From positions 9,300,001 to 9,364,000 of the forward strand of contig CM102289.1 of assembly GCA_046563655.1 (NCBI GenBank): a stretch of 64,000 bases of DNA, in the 5' to 3' direction. Position numbers and translations under genes: made by a program. The notes beneath the pieces were generated by a model. It was not told the origin of the DNA. It did no database searches and saw only the letters and a program-made list of their open reading frames with translations. This document shows positions 1-12,025 of this stretch, one piece after another. Origin of the DNA: Yuukianura sp. NJ FZ-2021. Lineage: Eukaryota. Each line of letters begins with the position of its first letter. Positions within the stretch are counted from its first letter, which is position 1.

Positions 1-211
1 GTCTATCATTGTAGTTGTTCCAGCAAAGGATTGATTTTTGATAAACCGTAGTCCAGCCGGGCAGCCGGACGCCTTAGTAAAGTAAGGTGGCCAGGCCACC
101 GTGGTCTTACTATTCATTTGAGAGATGAGAAGATGACCTTAACCTAATGCTTTGTTTCAAGTGACGGAATCCTAACTGGATAGTGTGACACACCTCAATT
201 GAGCTTTTAAA

Positions 212-1679
212 ATGGCGGCTGCTATTAAAGAAGGGCTGATCTGTGCCGAATGTCATCAAGAGTTCAACTCTGTGTCAATCTTGCTGTCTCATTTCCAAAA
301 CAAGCATTTACAGGAAGACAATTCAATCAAAAGTAAAGCAGTATCCTCAAATTGTGAAACGCAAGGCTAACTCTGTCTTTGGTATTTTTAGGTTTGATTG
401 ATAAAGCAAAACACAAATTGGTGAACAAGCAGCAGCAGGAAGAGGTGATTCGAACGACTCCGAAGTATTATGATGTCTATGACGATGTTTCACCGGGAGT
501 AACTAGAAGTCACTTCCAAGATTTCAAAAGACTTCGATCGTCACAGGTGGAACATCTCTCTTCAGAAGGCAGCAAACTGCTCATACGTTTGCACAAACTT
601 GTTAGCTTCGTTGGAGATGAAAACAAACGACGGGGTACTTCCACTACTGTTAATTTATCCTCGGTATACGCTTAGTATAACTACCAAATTCAAACCGTTT
701 TTGTGTCATTTCAGGGTTTGAACAAAACATAGTACAATGGATGGAGGCGAAACATGTTTCTAGATGCCCCGATTGTACTGAATCTTTCAACCTGCTCGTA
801 AGGAAACATCATTGTCGACTTTGGTAATTTCGATGACTTTTACATTCAACTCTGCCGTTTTTGTGTTTTTTATTACTTTTCTTTTCTTGTCAAGTGGTTC
901 GATTCTCTGTGATAATTGTTCCTGTTTCATTAACGGCGACCTGGCAGCTAGTCTCACTTCACAAATCGGACCACATGAGTCCATTTCCAAAGAATTCCAA
1001 CTCCGAAGTTGTCGGTACTGTTTCGACTTAGTTAGGCTGAAAGGCACAACTTTTGACACCAACCCACCAATTACCCAGCTCTACGACAAACTGAAACAAC
1101 TAATGTCACAGTGCGAAGCACTCAACTCCGAGTATTCTTCGATGATCAATAGCGTTGCCCGTGGTGACAACCTTTATTCCATGGAACAAGTGACCACTCT
1201 CCGCAACGACCTTATCAAACATACAGAGAAGATTGACATGCTGAGTAAACGAATGGTCATAGTGGGGGCAGAGGGCGGTGAACAGTCATCAGCCATCAGT
1301 GATAGCGAAAATAGACTCAGGTCGAGGCTCAGAATGAGTACGATTAATTGGGTACGAGAATTCTTGAGTGGATTGAGCGCAGTGCCACAACAGAAAGAAA
1401 AACAGGAGGAACCGTTAGCGGATGGATGGGCGGCAAGTGTCGACTACAATTTCAAAATCAGTGACCAAGATGATGTAATCGCTGTACAAATTGAAAAAAC
1501 TAGGAAATGGATCGTGGAAGCAAAGTAAGAACAAGCGTCATTTTTCCCAAACTTGTGACATTCTGTGATCATTTTCAACACGTTTTATTTGGTACAGAAA
1601 AGCGAAACGGACAGATGAAGTTGAAATGCTGGAAGCCAGTTTAAAGCAACTGCTGCTGGAGTTTGAAAGGAAAAGTTAA
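212..1679 (+). CDS. RBSN: Rabenosyn-5 (C2H2 finger + FYVE + C-terminal Rab-binding helical hairpin), multi-exon
   Basis: ATG 212 gives MAAAIKEGLICAECHQEF..LLSHFQNKH (C2H2 finger). The FYVE motif W..CPDC..F..RKHHCRLCG...CDNC..RSCRYC is split by introns. The C-terminus QIEKTRKWIVEAKKAKRTDEVEMLEASLKQL matches the Rbsn Rab-binding domain. Stop TAA at 1677-1679. Confidence 0.9.
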
Positions 1680-2470
1680 GCTTTGAAAGTGGATTTATTG
1701 TATTCACGCCTTACTTCCGTTTACGCTTTTAAACTTAAGATTTTTAATTGACTGATTACGACACTAACTAACAAGCAGCAGAAAATCTAAATTCCCAGTA
1801 AAGCCGTACGTTCAGAAACCATCGTTTTTATTCAGTATATATTTAGTAATTTATTGTTGCGTGGATAAAATACATTAAAATGTTATGCGAAGGCACTATA
1901 TATCCACAAAAAGTTTTGCATTGTCGTATTCAAAAATTCCTAAACAAAAAAAAATTCATGAAGAATTTTGAAAACAGTCTTTCCTTGAAAATAAATAAAA
2001 GGCTAAATTGAACAAACTTAAAGTTTCGAAAATCTAAACATTTTTAAAAGAATTAAAAACAAAGGCAACATGAACGTACAACTCTTAAACATCTATCTGA
2101 AAAACAATTTACTAAAAACTAATTTTAGCTTGTGCTAGCACATTGCGTGCTGTTGGATGAAATGTGTATAAGAACCTTTGATAATTTATAATGCATTGCT
2201 TACCAAACATTTGGGTTCCAATCCAATAATACTGGATCAACCTTAAACTTTTAGTTTGCTTTTGATTAATAATTTAGTCATTTTGAAAGTCAAAGGTATG
2301 ACGTCCATATTTTTTAGTGTCGAAAAAGCTAACCAAGCAACATGATTTTATTGAAAAAGTATTTCGATTAATTTTCAAAATAAGTGTTGTGTGCTTTCTA
2401 TGGCTTGAATTCACCAACGCTTAAATAACTTTAAGTCAGAGAGCAAAAGCAAAATTACAGTTTAATAGGC

Positions 2471-2761
2471 AGGGTAAGCATTTTGCAATCTGAAATCTAG
2501 AGAGCGATTTTGTGATGTAGAGCGAGCGGGAGTTCAAATCTACATTGAAATTCTCTTTTTCCTAAAACTCGTCTCGGTTTTTGAATCTGAATCTAGAGTT
2601 CGGAGTTTTGCAAAAGAGAAGTGAGAAACTCTCGCGCGGCAAACCTCTAGATTCAAATTTACTCCTACATTTAAGAAAATTTTGCTTACCCTCACTCCTC
2701 TACATTACAATTTCTGGTTTTCAATGTACCTAGATTTCAGATTGAAAAACCTGCTTACCCT
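2471..2761. mobile_element. MITE-like element with about 30-bp imperfect terminal inverted repeats
   Basis: AGGGTAAGCATTTTGCAATCTGAAATCTAG at 2471-2500 pairs with CTAGATTTCAGATTGAAAAACCTGCTTACCCT at 2730-2761. An internal partial copy TGCTTACCCT lies near 2683. No clear TSD. Confidence 0.65.
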
Positions 2762-3116
2762 TACTAATGTAACATATATTCAAACTTTCGATGAGATTCT
2801 TTCGTCTTTCGGCCACTGCTGCATCACAATTTTCATTGTTGATTTAAAATCATTTCAGTTGCGGGAAGAGTACAAAATTCCAGTGTTCGTATTTGCTGAT
2901 GTTTGGGGCAGTAATGGTCCAAGTTCTACTTCAAAACAGTGGTAAATTCTTTTTCAACTTTGCAAGTATAAGCTAGTAAGTGCATTATACATAAGTAGGT
3001 GTATATAATAATATATTATATATATGGTAATATATATTATATACATAGTAAGTATAAAATATATAGGTACAGGTAATAGGTACTATATATTTTGTACTTA
3101 CTACAACGGTATATAT

Positions 3117-5726
3117 TTAGGAATGAAATACAGCTTTTGCTTTAGCAATTAAACCGAAAATACTCCAAACTAAAAAAAATACCTTATGAATACCTTGAAC
3201 AACAAAACGCTGGCAACTGATTAACAACTTTTTTGCCCGTTTCAGTACACTGAAACTGAATTTTGTTTGGGTCAACTCTGCAAAGAATATGGTACAACAT
3301 AATGTTACAGCAGCAAAAAGAATGTAGAAGGCAGTGACAATATTTCCTTGTAAAGTCACTACAGCTGGTTGGTTCCACTTCTCACTTTTGGATTTTTCAT
3401 ATTCATCAATCAGCTGATCCGTTGCATCAGGTACAAATATTTTGTGCCATTTAATCCACAAATTTAGAATTCCAGACGCTATGAATCTTTGCTGCAACGT
3501 TTTGTAAAATGTCGGCGCAAATTCACTTCTGACAGTAATAAGGCGGTGATTTTCAAATAAACCTGCTTCGCTTTCCTTGAAAACTGTGTTGTGGATCGTA
3601 TCTCTATTCCAAGAAGGCACCAAATATTCATTTTTGCGACTTGTTTTGTTTTGGATTAGGTGGATGTAGGCATGGAAACCGGTAATCGTTTTCTGTCGTT
3701 CTACAAACGCCGTGCGGTGACAATTTGACAGTAGTTCGTACAGTCGGCAGTACCGTATCATATCATAAGAAAAGTTAGAAACGATACTACCGATATCTAG
3801 GTAGTGGAACATCATTGGAGAGGTGAGATTGTAAAATTTACCGGTATTTCCCTTTAATGATGATTCATATTTTAAAAACCGGTATTTATATAGTCGATTG
3901 TGCACAAACGACTTTTCTTGATCCCAGTTACATCCGTTATGCGCCGACTTACATAGAAACGGATTCTGTAAGTCACCAAATATCGTTTCAGACCGAAAAT
4001 TGCATTTCTCTACGTTATTCTCTACACTGCATACGCAATCCTCATTCAGTTCTTCTGTGGTATCAAAATCGTTATACGGTAGCCGGAACTTCACCGTATG
4101 AAAATTATACAATTTGAGCCAAATGTCATGTGACGTAAATATGAAAAAATATTGTAGTTGCGGAAACGTTTCGTACATATGCTTTACCGGGAAACTTGAG
4201 ACGAGTTGTGTAACTACAAGGCCTTTGTATGCATTCGTTATTACGACAACAGCGAGAAGCCAAGTACCCAAAGCGTATTTGATAACTTTTTGAATTTTGC
4301 CTGAATTTTGGAAAAATTTGGCGGGAATATCTGTTCCAATTTCTAGAGAATGAGAATAAGTGTACACGGTAACTGTAAAGTAAAAGTTCAAAATTTCCCA
4401 AACTCTGTTTCGATTTTGTGCCGTCAAAAAGAACATTACAGTTAGTGTCGTCGGTAATAACAGAATAGCAAACGTGATGATAAAAGTCCATGATTCGGTA
4501 TCATACGGTGTAACGTACAGTTTGAAACTAAGAAAATTTTCTACTCCATCGCAGGTAACAAATTTGTATTGCTCTGATCCTATGTAGATTGGGTAATAAT
4601 CGAATTGCTCAGGAATATTTTCTGTTACTAAAATTTTTTGTTCTGCCCAAGCAAGCAATCGCCCACACGGGTCATTCCCTGCGTCGTCTATATAAATGTC
4701 CAAAGTTGCCGTTATCGTAAGCAGCGCAATAAGTTGGCCAATAGTACCCAGAGAACGTCTGAATTTAGGTTTATCAAACGGCGACTTTGGTAAGTAGTTT
4801 TTGCATTCTTCGTTTACGCCGTATTGCACAACATTAGACACATTTATATTACCGTCTCTAGAGACTCTTATAAGCAGGTTTCCCTTGGACGTTAAATTTT
4901 TGATCATATCGTCGGCCTGTTTTCGGCAACTGGAATTTGAGCAGTTACCGTCAAGGCGCCATGGGTACGTCAACTCGTTGTGAAACAAAAGCCTAGATAG
5001 TGTTATAGTTGCTGGTCTACGCGTACCTGGCAAACCATGATCTGACGTCATGTAGTTGTGCTGTATAATGATACCTGTGAGAATTTTACTTCTGACGTGA
5101 TCTTGAACTATTTGTTGGGCAAAGTTGTTAATGTTTTCAGAAGAAAATATATGAATATGTATGGGTAAGTAGGTGATGCTTGGTAAAAGATTTTCTTCTT
5201 GAACCGCCGTAGATTCTGTTTCAAGAATGAAGGCTACTTTCCGTAGGACGTCCGTAAACTCTAGAGAAGATAATAATAATGTGGTAGATATATACTATAT
5301 CTGCTATACACAACCCCCTCTTATACATACATCTAATACCGTGTACTATATATTATATAGATATATGATATATATAGATATGTATTATGCATACTTACTC
5401 TTTTCAGTGACGTACTGATCTTGTTGAGGGCATATGATAAACTGTACATAACATCTGAGACTTTTCCGAGGATGAGTGAAATGTCGATTTACTGTGCTCT
5501 TAATGCCTATGAACTGAGATCCAATGTTATGTGTGTACAGTTCAATTGGAATGTTCAGCTCTCGAGGGAAAGAAGATGGCGCTCCAGGAACTTGAATTTC
5601 AAGCAAAGATGCAAAACAATCTCCATAAAGATTGATGATCGATTTCACATAAACTGGGTCGATATTTTGAGCAACAAGCTGCTTATTTAACGCCAGTATA
5701 AATACAAAAACTATATAACGTTCCAT
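3117..5726 (-). CDS. Divergent ionotropic receptor (IR/iGluR-like chemoreceptor), 2 exons (5726-5399, 5260-3117), about 823 aa
   Basis: Signal peptide MERYIVFVFILALNKQLVAQ. A GT-AG intron (5398-5261) joins in frame to the long ORF. IR hallmarks: pre-M1 LYVTPYDTESW, M2/M3 WLLAVVVITNAYKGLVVTQL, S2 end QRFIASGILNLW, and M4 TLQGNIVTAFYILFAAVTLCCTIFFAEL. Confidence 0.8.
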
Positions 5727-5822
5727 TGCTTTTGTTTTACACAAGACCACACAACCCATCTTAAGTTCCCAACGTTCACCAGAGTACAGTTCAAATTTCA
5801 TGATTCAATAACGTTCTAACGA

Positions 5823-6050
5823 TTGGCGGAATTGGACGGCAGAGCTAAAAATAATTAGACGCCAAAATAACTGATTATTTATTGACATTTCCTGAAAGCC
5901 AAAATACTAATGACTCTTACGAAACCTGTTTTAGGTTAGGTAAAGACTAACTTAAACTAAAATTGAAACTTTTCTATTAGTAAATTACTAAGAAAGTTTA
6001 AGTTTGAATAATCTTGGCCCGTACATAGCTCTGCCGTTCAATCCCACCCA
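5823..6050. mobile_element. MITE-like element with about 25-bp imperfect TIRs
   Basis: TTGGCGGAATTGGACGGCAGAGCTA (about 5823-5847) pairs with TAGCTCTGCCGTTCAATCCCACCCA (6026-6050). The interior is AT-rich. Confidence 0.55.
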
Positions 6051-6494
6051 CCTTTTCAGCACGCTAGTCAATCATCGAGTCATGATATTTGAATTGAGTT
6101 AATTATATAATTGAACTCCACTTGTATGGAGATATTAGACATTTGAAATTACCTTGGTGCGTGGTACTCAGTTTTACTTTTGTCGGCTTTCACGTTGTCG
6201 GCTATTACCTGGAACCACCCAGATTAAACCGGAGATTAAACTTTTTTCAAAAGTTTTTTTTTGTTATTTCACAGGATAGAAGAATTGGAAATCTACAAAC
6301 GATGCCAGAAAGCTTATTAGAGTGAGGTACGCATGCCTGGCTCTGTTCATCATGTTTGCAGAAGCCATTCCTTTGAGTCAGTACAAATTACTTGAGTACC
6401 AAAAGCTTTACAGCCCGGGATCATTCTAGATTATGTATCGCCTAGGAATCGAAGTTTACATTAACACTGTGTCAACACTACACAAAAAATTTAT

Positions 6495-6900
6495 GGAAGA
6501 GGAATTGGTTCATTTTGAAAAGTTATACTTTCCGACACAACAGAATTGGAGCTACCTTTGCAAAATTCATTTGAGTTGGTCCATTATTTGGAACCAGTAG
6601 GACACTATGGCGTCTAACGACTACCGTGGGGTCATTTGCTAACAAGAAAAAGTTTTCAAATTTTCTCATCGAGTTAAAAGGGTCGCGGGAAAAGTTTTTC
6701 TTGTTAGCAAATGACCCCACGGTACAACTATTTGAGTGAATACTTTAAAAATATATCAGCTGTTTTAAATGTGGCATATGTAGAGAGGAAAGACATGGTA
6801 AAGTCTTTTAGCGATTTGAGTAAACTAGACGATACTGAGTACCGCTTAAGCGAACAAGAAATACTGCGTCTAGGGATTTTTGCTAGTCAAAAGGTCACAT
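6495..6900 (+). pseudogene. Possible degraded IR paralogue fragment, interrupted by a MITE
   Basis: Frameshifted peptides KSYTFRHNRIG, LVHYLEP and VAYVERKDMVKSF occur in the same order as KSFVHNRL, MFHYLDI and TAFVERQKTITGF in the neighbouring IR. The similarity is weak and was judged by eye. Confidence 0.3.
6624..6722. mobile_element. 99-bp Tc1/mariner-type MITE with perfect 28-bp TIRs and TA TSD
   Basis: TA|CCGTGGGGTCATTTGCTAACAAGAAAAA ... TTTTTCTTGTTAGCAAATGACCCCACGG|TA. Confidence 0.85.
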
Positions 6901-7554
6901 CACATCCACATCACATCACCGTCAAAATGAGAGAATTCAACTGTTGATGATTTTTAGATCCTGAGCGCCATCTTACAGTGGAGGTGCAATTTGGCTCTCC
7001 AGCCCGCGAAATCCTATGGAAATAAATTTTGAAAAAAAAAACTAGAAATACAAACTAGAAATACCAGATTGGTACTATATAAATTGGTACATTGGTACTA
7101 CCAATGATGAGGATGACCGTGAAAAATAAAATCGAAGAATAAACGATTAATTTTTAATTAATCTTTATGTGTTTGACAAATTAGTGAATTAAATTTTGGT
7201 GTTGGCATAACTGGAAACAAGAATTAATCGAGTCGATATTGAGCAAGTCTAATGCTGTAGTCGTCAGGGGCGCTTGAATTTAGTCGAAGAAGGTCAAGGT
7301 GAACGGTGAACTGCGTAATCTGTGATCTAATCATTAGATTCTAATGTACAATGATGAAATTCAGTTTACATACTAGACCCTATTCTATCATAGAGTTGGA
7401 ATCTTTTAGAATTTAGAGTGTAACCTAGATAAACTCACTTTCACATTTTTAGCGATTTTCGATCCCCTCTGTCGTGGTGGTTTTTGTACTCTCTCGTCAA
7501 GCGTCAAACGTTTCGTTATTGCATATTGTGGTGAACGGAATTCCTGCATTAATC

Positions 7555-8693
7555 ATGGATCAAATATTTTCGGAGAATTATAAGCTTGGGGTCATTGGCG
7601 GAGGGAACATGGCCAAATCAATTCTTTTCCCACTATTCGATCGAAGTACTACGAATCAAGCGAAGCATGTTTTCGTTCGCTAATATGATTGATTGATGTG
7701 ATAATTCTGTTTTAATTTATTTTTAGATTTGGTGGATCCGAGGTATGTTATCGTCGGTGGAAACACGGCTGGACCGCTGGAAGTATGGGCGGACAGGGGG
7801 TGTACAACTTATACTAGGGAGAACGGTAGGTGGTCGGTTAATTGTTAAACATCTTAACTTGAGTCATGTTAATTACATAATTTAATTTTGTTTTGTTTTC
7901 GACTACTAGTGGATATAGTTTGCCAAGATGCTCAAGTGATTCTATGGGCCGTGAAGCCGCAGATTTTTGCCAACGTTGTCAAAGCAGTGGACGAGATAGT
8001 TCTATATAAGAGATTACATAGCCCCATTCCGGTCATCCATATTTCTATAATGGCGGGAATTACACTCTCACAATTTACCGACATAATTGCCACTGCAAGT
8101 GGATGCAAATCTGTTAACGGTGGATACAAACACCAACCAATAACAGTTCGGACAATGCCGAATATTGGACATCGTGTGGGTGCTGGATGCACAGGTATTT
8201 TTTTTTAAATGATTTTTGGTGTAAAACTAAAAAAATATTGTAATTTTGAAGTATCTTTATAGTGTTCACAATTGGAAAACTTGACGAGGCCAATGATCTA
8301 GATGTTAAGAAGATCGTTGAATCCCTGTTCTCACCAACCGGCATTTGTCGAGAAGTTCCTGAGTCTCAAATCAATGGATTTGGGGCTCTAACTGGATCTG
8401 GAGTTGCCTTTATGTTTCCAGTGCTGGAAGCATTATCCGATGGAGCTGTGAAAGTTGGCATTCCAAGGGCAGTTGCTTTAGAAATGGCTGCCCAAACTAT
8501 GAAAGCCGCTGCTCAACTTTATCTTGAAGAACGGACTCATCCAGGACCATTGAAGGACGGCGTTTGTAGTCCTGGAGGAACAACGATTGCTGGAATTGCT
8601 GAACTGGAGAGAATTGGTGTTAGACATGGATTCATCTGTGCAATTGACGCTGCAAACAAAAGATCCGAAGAATTAGGGAAACTTGCGCAATAA
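7555..8693 (+). CDS. Pyrroline-5-carboxylate reductase (copy 1), 4 exons
   Basis: Rossmann motif LGVIGGGNMA, then AVKPQ, ISIMAGIT, RTMPN, TGSG, and the signature VCSPGGTTIAGI. Confidence 0.93.
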
Positions 8694-9727
8694 CATACTA
8701 CACGGAAACAATCGTGTAGAGAAACGACTGTGCTACTTCAATTTCCAACTTCATCGTGGCAATAAAAAATAGTTCGGAACAGAATTTCAATGTTGATTCA
8801 GAAATGTATAATATGAAAAACGAACATATAATAATATTATTATATGTTATTATATGTACTGTTCATATTTTCTATGAGCAGCATATTTAAAAAAATTGGT
8901 TTTGTATTAGGTTTGCCGTACGGGTACGTTTTTAAGGGCTGACTAAATCTCGGAGAAATCGAAGAGGTAGAGACGCTGCTAGTTTTTTGGCGCGATTTTT
9001 GAGTTTCCACAGATTGCAAAATTGCAGTTTGAGTTTGGCAGTGTGGACGTGGAGGAGTACGAAACAGGTTATTTGCAGCCATTTTGGAAAATTGTTGGCA
9101 ATTGACTTTAATAAGTGTTTGTATAACTGAACGAACGTAGAAATAATCGGTTAGTTATTTTAATATTATTCATTTAATTAGACTTTAATTAGTATTGACC
9201 TTTTTTAACAAAGCATCAACATGACCTTGATATTTAACTGAAACACTAGTTGTTTCGCCGCTGCGCTGTATAAGATAAAAAGTAAACGCTCATCTTTAGT
9301 TCGTTTCCGTATTGCCAGTTTACCTAATTTTGCCACTGTGTTTTGCATTAATCCATTCCGCTTGCTTTGTTTATGTTCTTTGTAATGCGACATTAGTTTT
9401 TGGCGGGCGCCCGGTTGATTACTAGTCATTTGTTACTTAAGTTTGTTGTTGTTTACATTAGGTTTATAATTATAAACTTTTATGTAATTAATGTTTTCAT
9501 TAAGTGGGTGTGGGACTATGTTAATCGACGGGATGGAAGGTGGTTAGGTTTAGGTATTGATGTGTCGATGTGTGCCAAATATTTTATACGTTTATGAACT
9601 CTACTCTAAAAGGTCAGATCACTAATCCTTTGTTATTTGTATTCTTTTTCAGATTCCCGCGTTTAGCGAAGTATCTCGCCGCCGCCATCTTGGATTACTT
9701 CGTTTCTAACATCCTGTGGTGTTACTG

Positions 9728-11478
9728 ATGGCATTGACCCTGGTTTCACATGGAGATGAGGCAAGTGCCCCTGAAGCTGAAATGATTATTTCAACAGAAG
9801 TCGAACGTAAGTGTAATCTACTAACTTTGTTATGTTGTAATGAGATTTTTACATGCAGCGAAATCTATTACATCGATTTCTTTCATAGATGACAACGATC
9901 AGCAGCATCAGGACATAGAATCAGAGTTACAAGCGATGAATTCCAGTGGCAGCGGGTATGAAGGGAGCAGAGAACACGGGAAGGCTCGTATTGCAAGGTT
10001 AAGACAGCGATTGCATAATACCGCCGTAAAACGTTCCGGTGGCAGAAAGAAAGATGATATTTGGCACTTCTTTACTAAGCAACTGGGTGAAAATGGGAAA
10101 TCAGTTGCGGTTTGTAATACTTGTGGCAAGGGAGTGTTCCCAAAAGCTTACGTTTGCAAAATCCACATCTCAAAGTGTCAAGTTCCGAAGAAGAAAGGCA
10201 CAGAATCACCCAGGGTAGGAATTAAATCTGAACCGGGATCGGAATACGCTGGAACTTCAACTTCAGCTGGAGTTGTTGACCAAAGATCAACGTCGACTCA
10301 TCATTTGACACTAGAAGACAGCATGGAAGTAGTTACAGGGATTGCGACTACTACAAGATTTCCATCCGGACATATATTTGGTATTGTAGGAGGCGGAGTT
10401 ATAGCAAAATCTATAATATTTCCATTGATTGATCAAGGTAAGCAGCCTGACACCTTGTGCTAATTGTTACATAACTTAATTGCATAAAATTGACTTGTGC
10501 ATAACTAACTTGTGTTTTAGGTTCGTTGGATCCTTACAACGTTCTCGTTTCTGGAAATACGCCTGAAAATTTGGAAGCTTGGACGGAGCGTGGATGCACT
10601 GTTGTTAGCAACACTGGTAAGGATACATCATTTCTTTCGTGTGGATTATGTAAGTTATGTAACGTGTTTCCGATTATGTAGTTTATGTAAGTACTTTCCC
10701 GTTATGTAAAGTTTATTATGGTTTTTGGCAGAAATTTTTGAAGAAGCTCGTGTCATCATATGGGCACTGAAGCCGCAAGTATTTCCCAAGGTCATCGAAG
10801 AACTGACTGCATATTACGCCGATAAGTGTAAACATGCCGTCAAAGTTAAATACCCATTGCACATTTCCCTAATGGGTGGCATTACGCTGGAAGAATTCAC
10901 AAAACGTATTGGCAACGTTTATGGAGTTCACAGTTCAAGAATTCCGCGTACAATTCGAACAGCTCCGAACATCGGTCATCGTGTCGGTACCGGTTGTACT
11001 GGTAAGTCGAAAACTAAAAGTAAGCAACTAATCAACTAATTAAGTTACTTTTACCTTAGCATTTACTATGGGTCCAAGTGCCGAAACAGCAGACCGTAAA
11101 ACGTTAGACCTACTTTTTGCCTCGACTGGAATTTGTATGGAAGTTTTGGAGGCGGAGCTTAACGGATTCGGAGCCTTGACTGGATCTGGTCTTGGCTTTA
11201 TGTTTCCTGTGCTGGATGCCTTGTGTGACGGAGCTGTGAACATGGGAATCCCAAGAGATGTGGCTCTCAAATTGGCAGCACAAACCATGAAAGGAGCTGC
11301 TGAATTTTTTCTCAAAGAAGGCAACCATCCAGGGGCTCTCAAAGATGGAGTGTGTAGTCCAGGCGGATCTACGATTGCTGGAATCATTGAGCTGGAAAGA
11401 GCTGGAGTTCGTACGGGATTTATCAATGCTATTGACGTTGCTAGCAAGACGTCGGCAGAACTTGGCAAGTTGAATTGA
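9728..11478 (+). CDS. Pyrroline-5-carboxylate reductase-like (copy 2) with N-terminal BED zinc finger; exons about 9728-9806, 9889-10437, 10521-10616, 10732-11001, 11060-11478
   Basis: One exon encodes DIWHFF..AVCNTC..KIHISKC (BED finger) and continues without a stop into FGIVGGGVIAKSI. Later exons give ALKPQ, RTAPN and VCSPGGSTIAGI. The three P5CR introns sit at the same positions as in copy 1. Confidence 0.88.
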
Positions 11479-12025
11479 CGGAGTACTAGGCGGAATTGGC
11501 AATGTCATGCGGGAAGGAAGGCTGCGTAAAACTTCGTAAACAGTAAGTTGATGTATTCATGTATTGTTAATATTAGTTTATTTACTATTCTTTATTATAT
11601 TGTTTGACTTTAAATTATCTTAAATACCTTATGTAGTAATATCTACAGTATATCTTCTGAAATCTATCATGAATTTTAATTAAAATTTCAATTTTCCAAA
11701 ATCTCAGCTTATTACTTAGTGGCGCGAAATTGGTTTGCGGAATGAGAGAACAGGCAAGTGTCAGTTCAGTCAGCTGCTAAAACTTAAAAGTGAATCACAA
11801 ATTACTCGACAATTATCAATTAATCACCGCGCCCTAATCGATTTTAGTAATTAGTTGGTGTTGGACGAGAACCAAGAACGATACTAAGGTAAGCAGTGCT
11901 TACTATTAAGCATTAAGCAGAAAGTTTGATAAATGATTTATGATAATGTCCAAGTATTAAATTGAAATTTCAGATATTCCAGTCCAGTCTCCCTCCAGTA
12001 CTTACAGCACAATTCATCAGTCGTC

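Noticed and set aside
340..350. GTATCCT resembling a U12 intron donor in Rabenosyn intron 1
   Set aside because: A canonical GTAAAG donor a few bases upstream already gives the correct frame, and the match to GTATCCTT is incomplete.
5227..5418. Apparent disruption of the IR gene by a TA-rich insertion
   Set aside because: It is bounded by GTAAGT...TCTCTAG on the minus strand, and its removal restores the frame, so it is an intron.
9400..9427. CGGGCGCCCG palindrome followed by CTAG, a possible Helitron 3' end upstream of the BED exon
   Set aside because: The palindrome is short and loopless, and no matching 5' end or second copy is visible.
11040..11508. Antisense ORFs of 142 and 132 aa over P5CR copy 2, and similar shadow ORFs over XPO1, COPG, KDSR and shootin
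   Set aside because: They are reverse-strand shadows of well-supported coding exons with no independent motifs.
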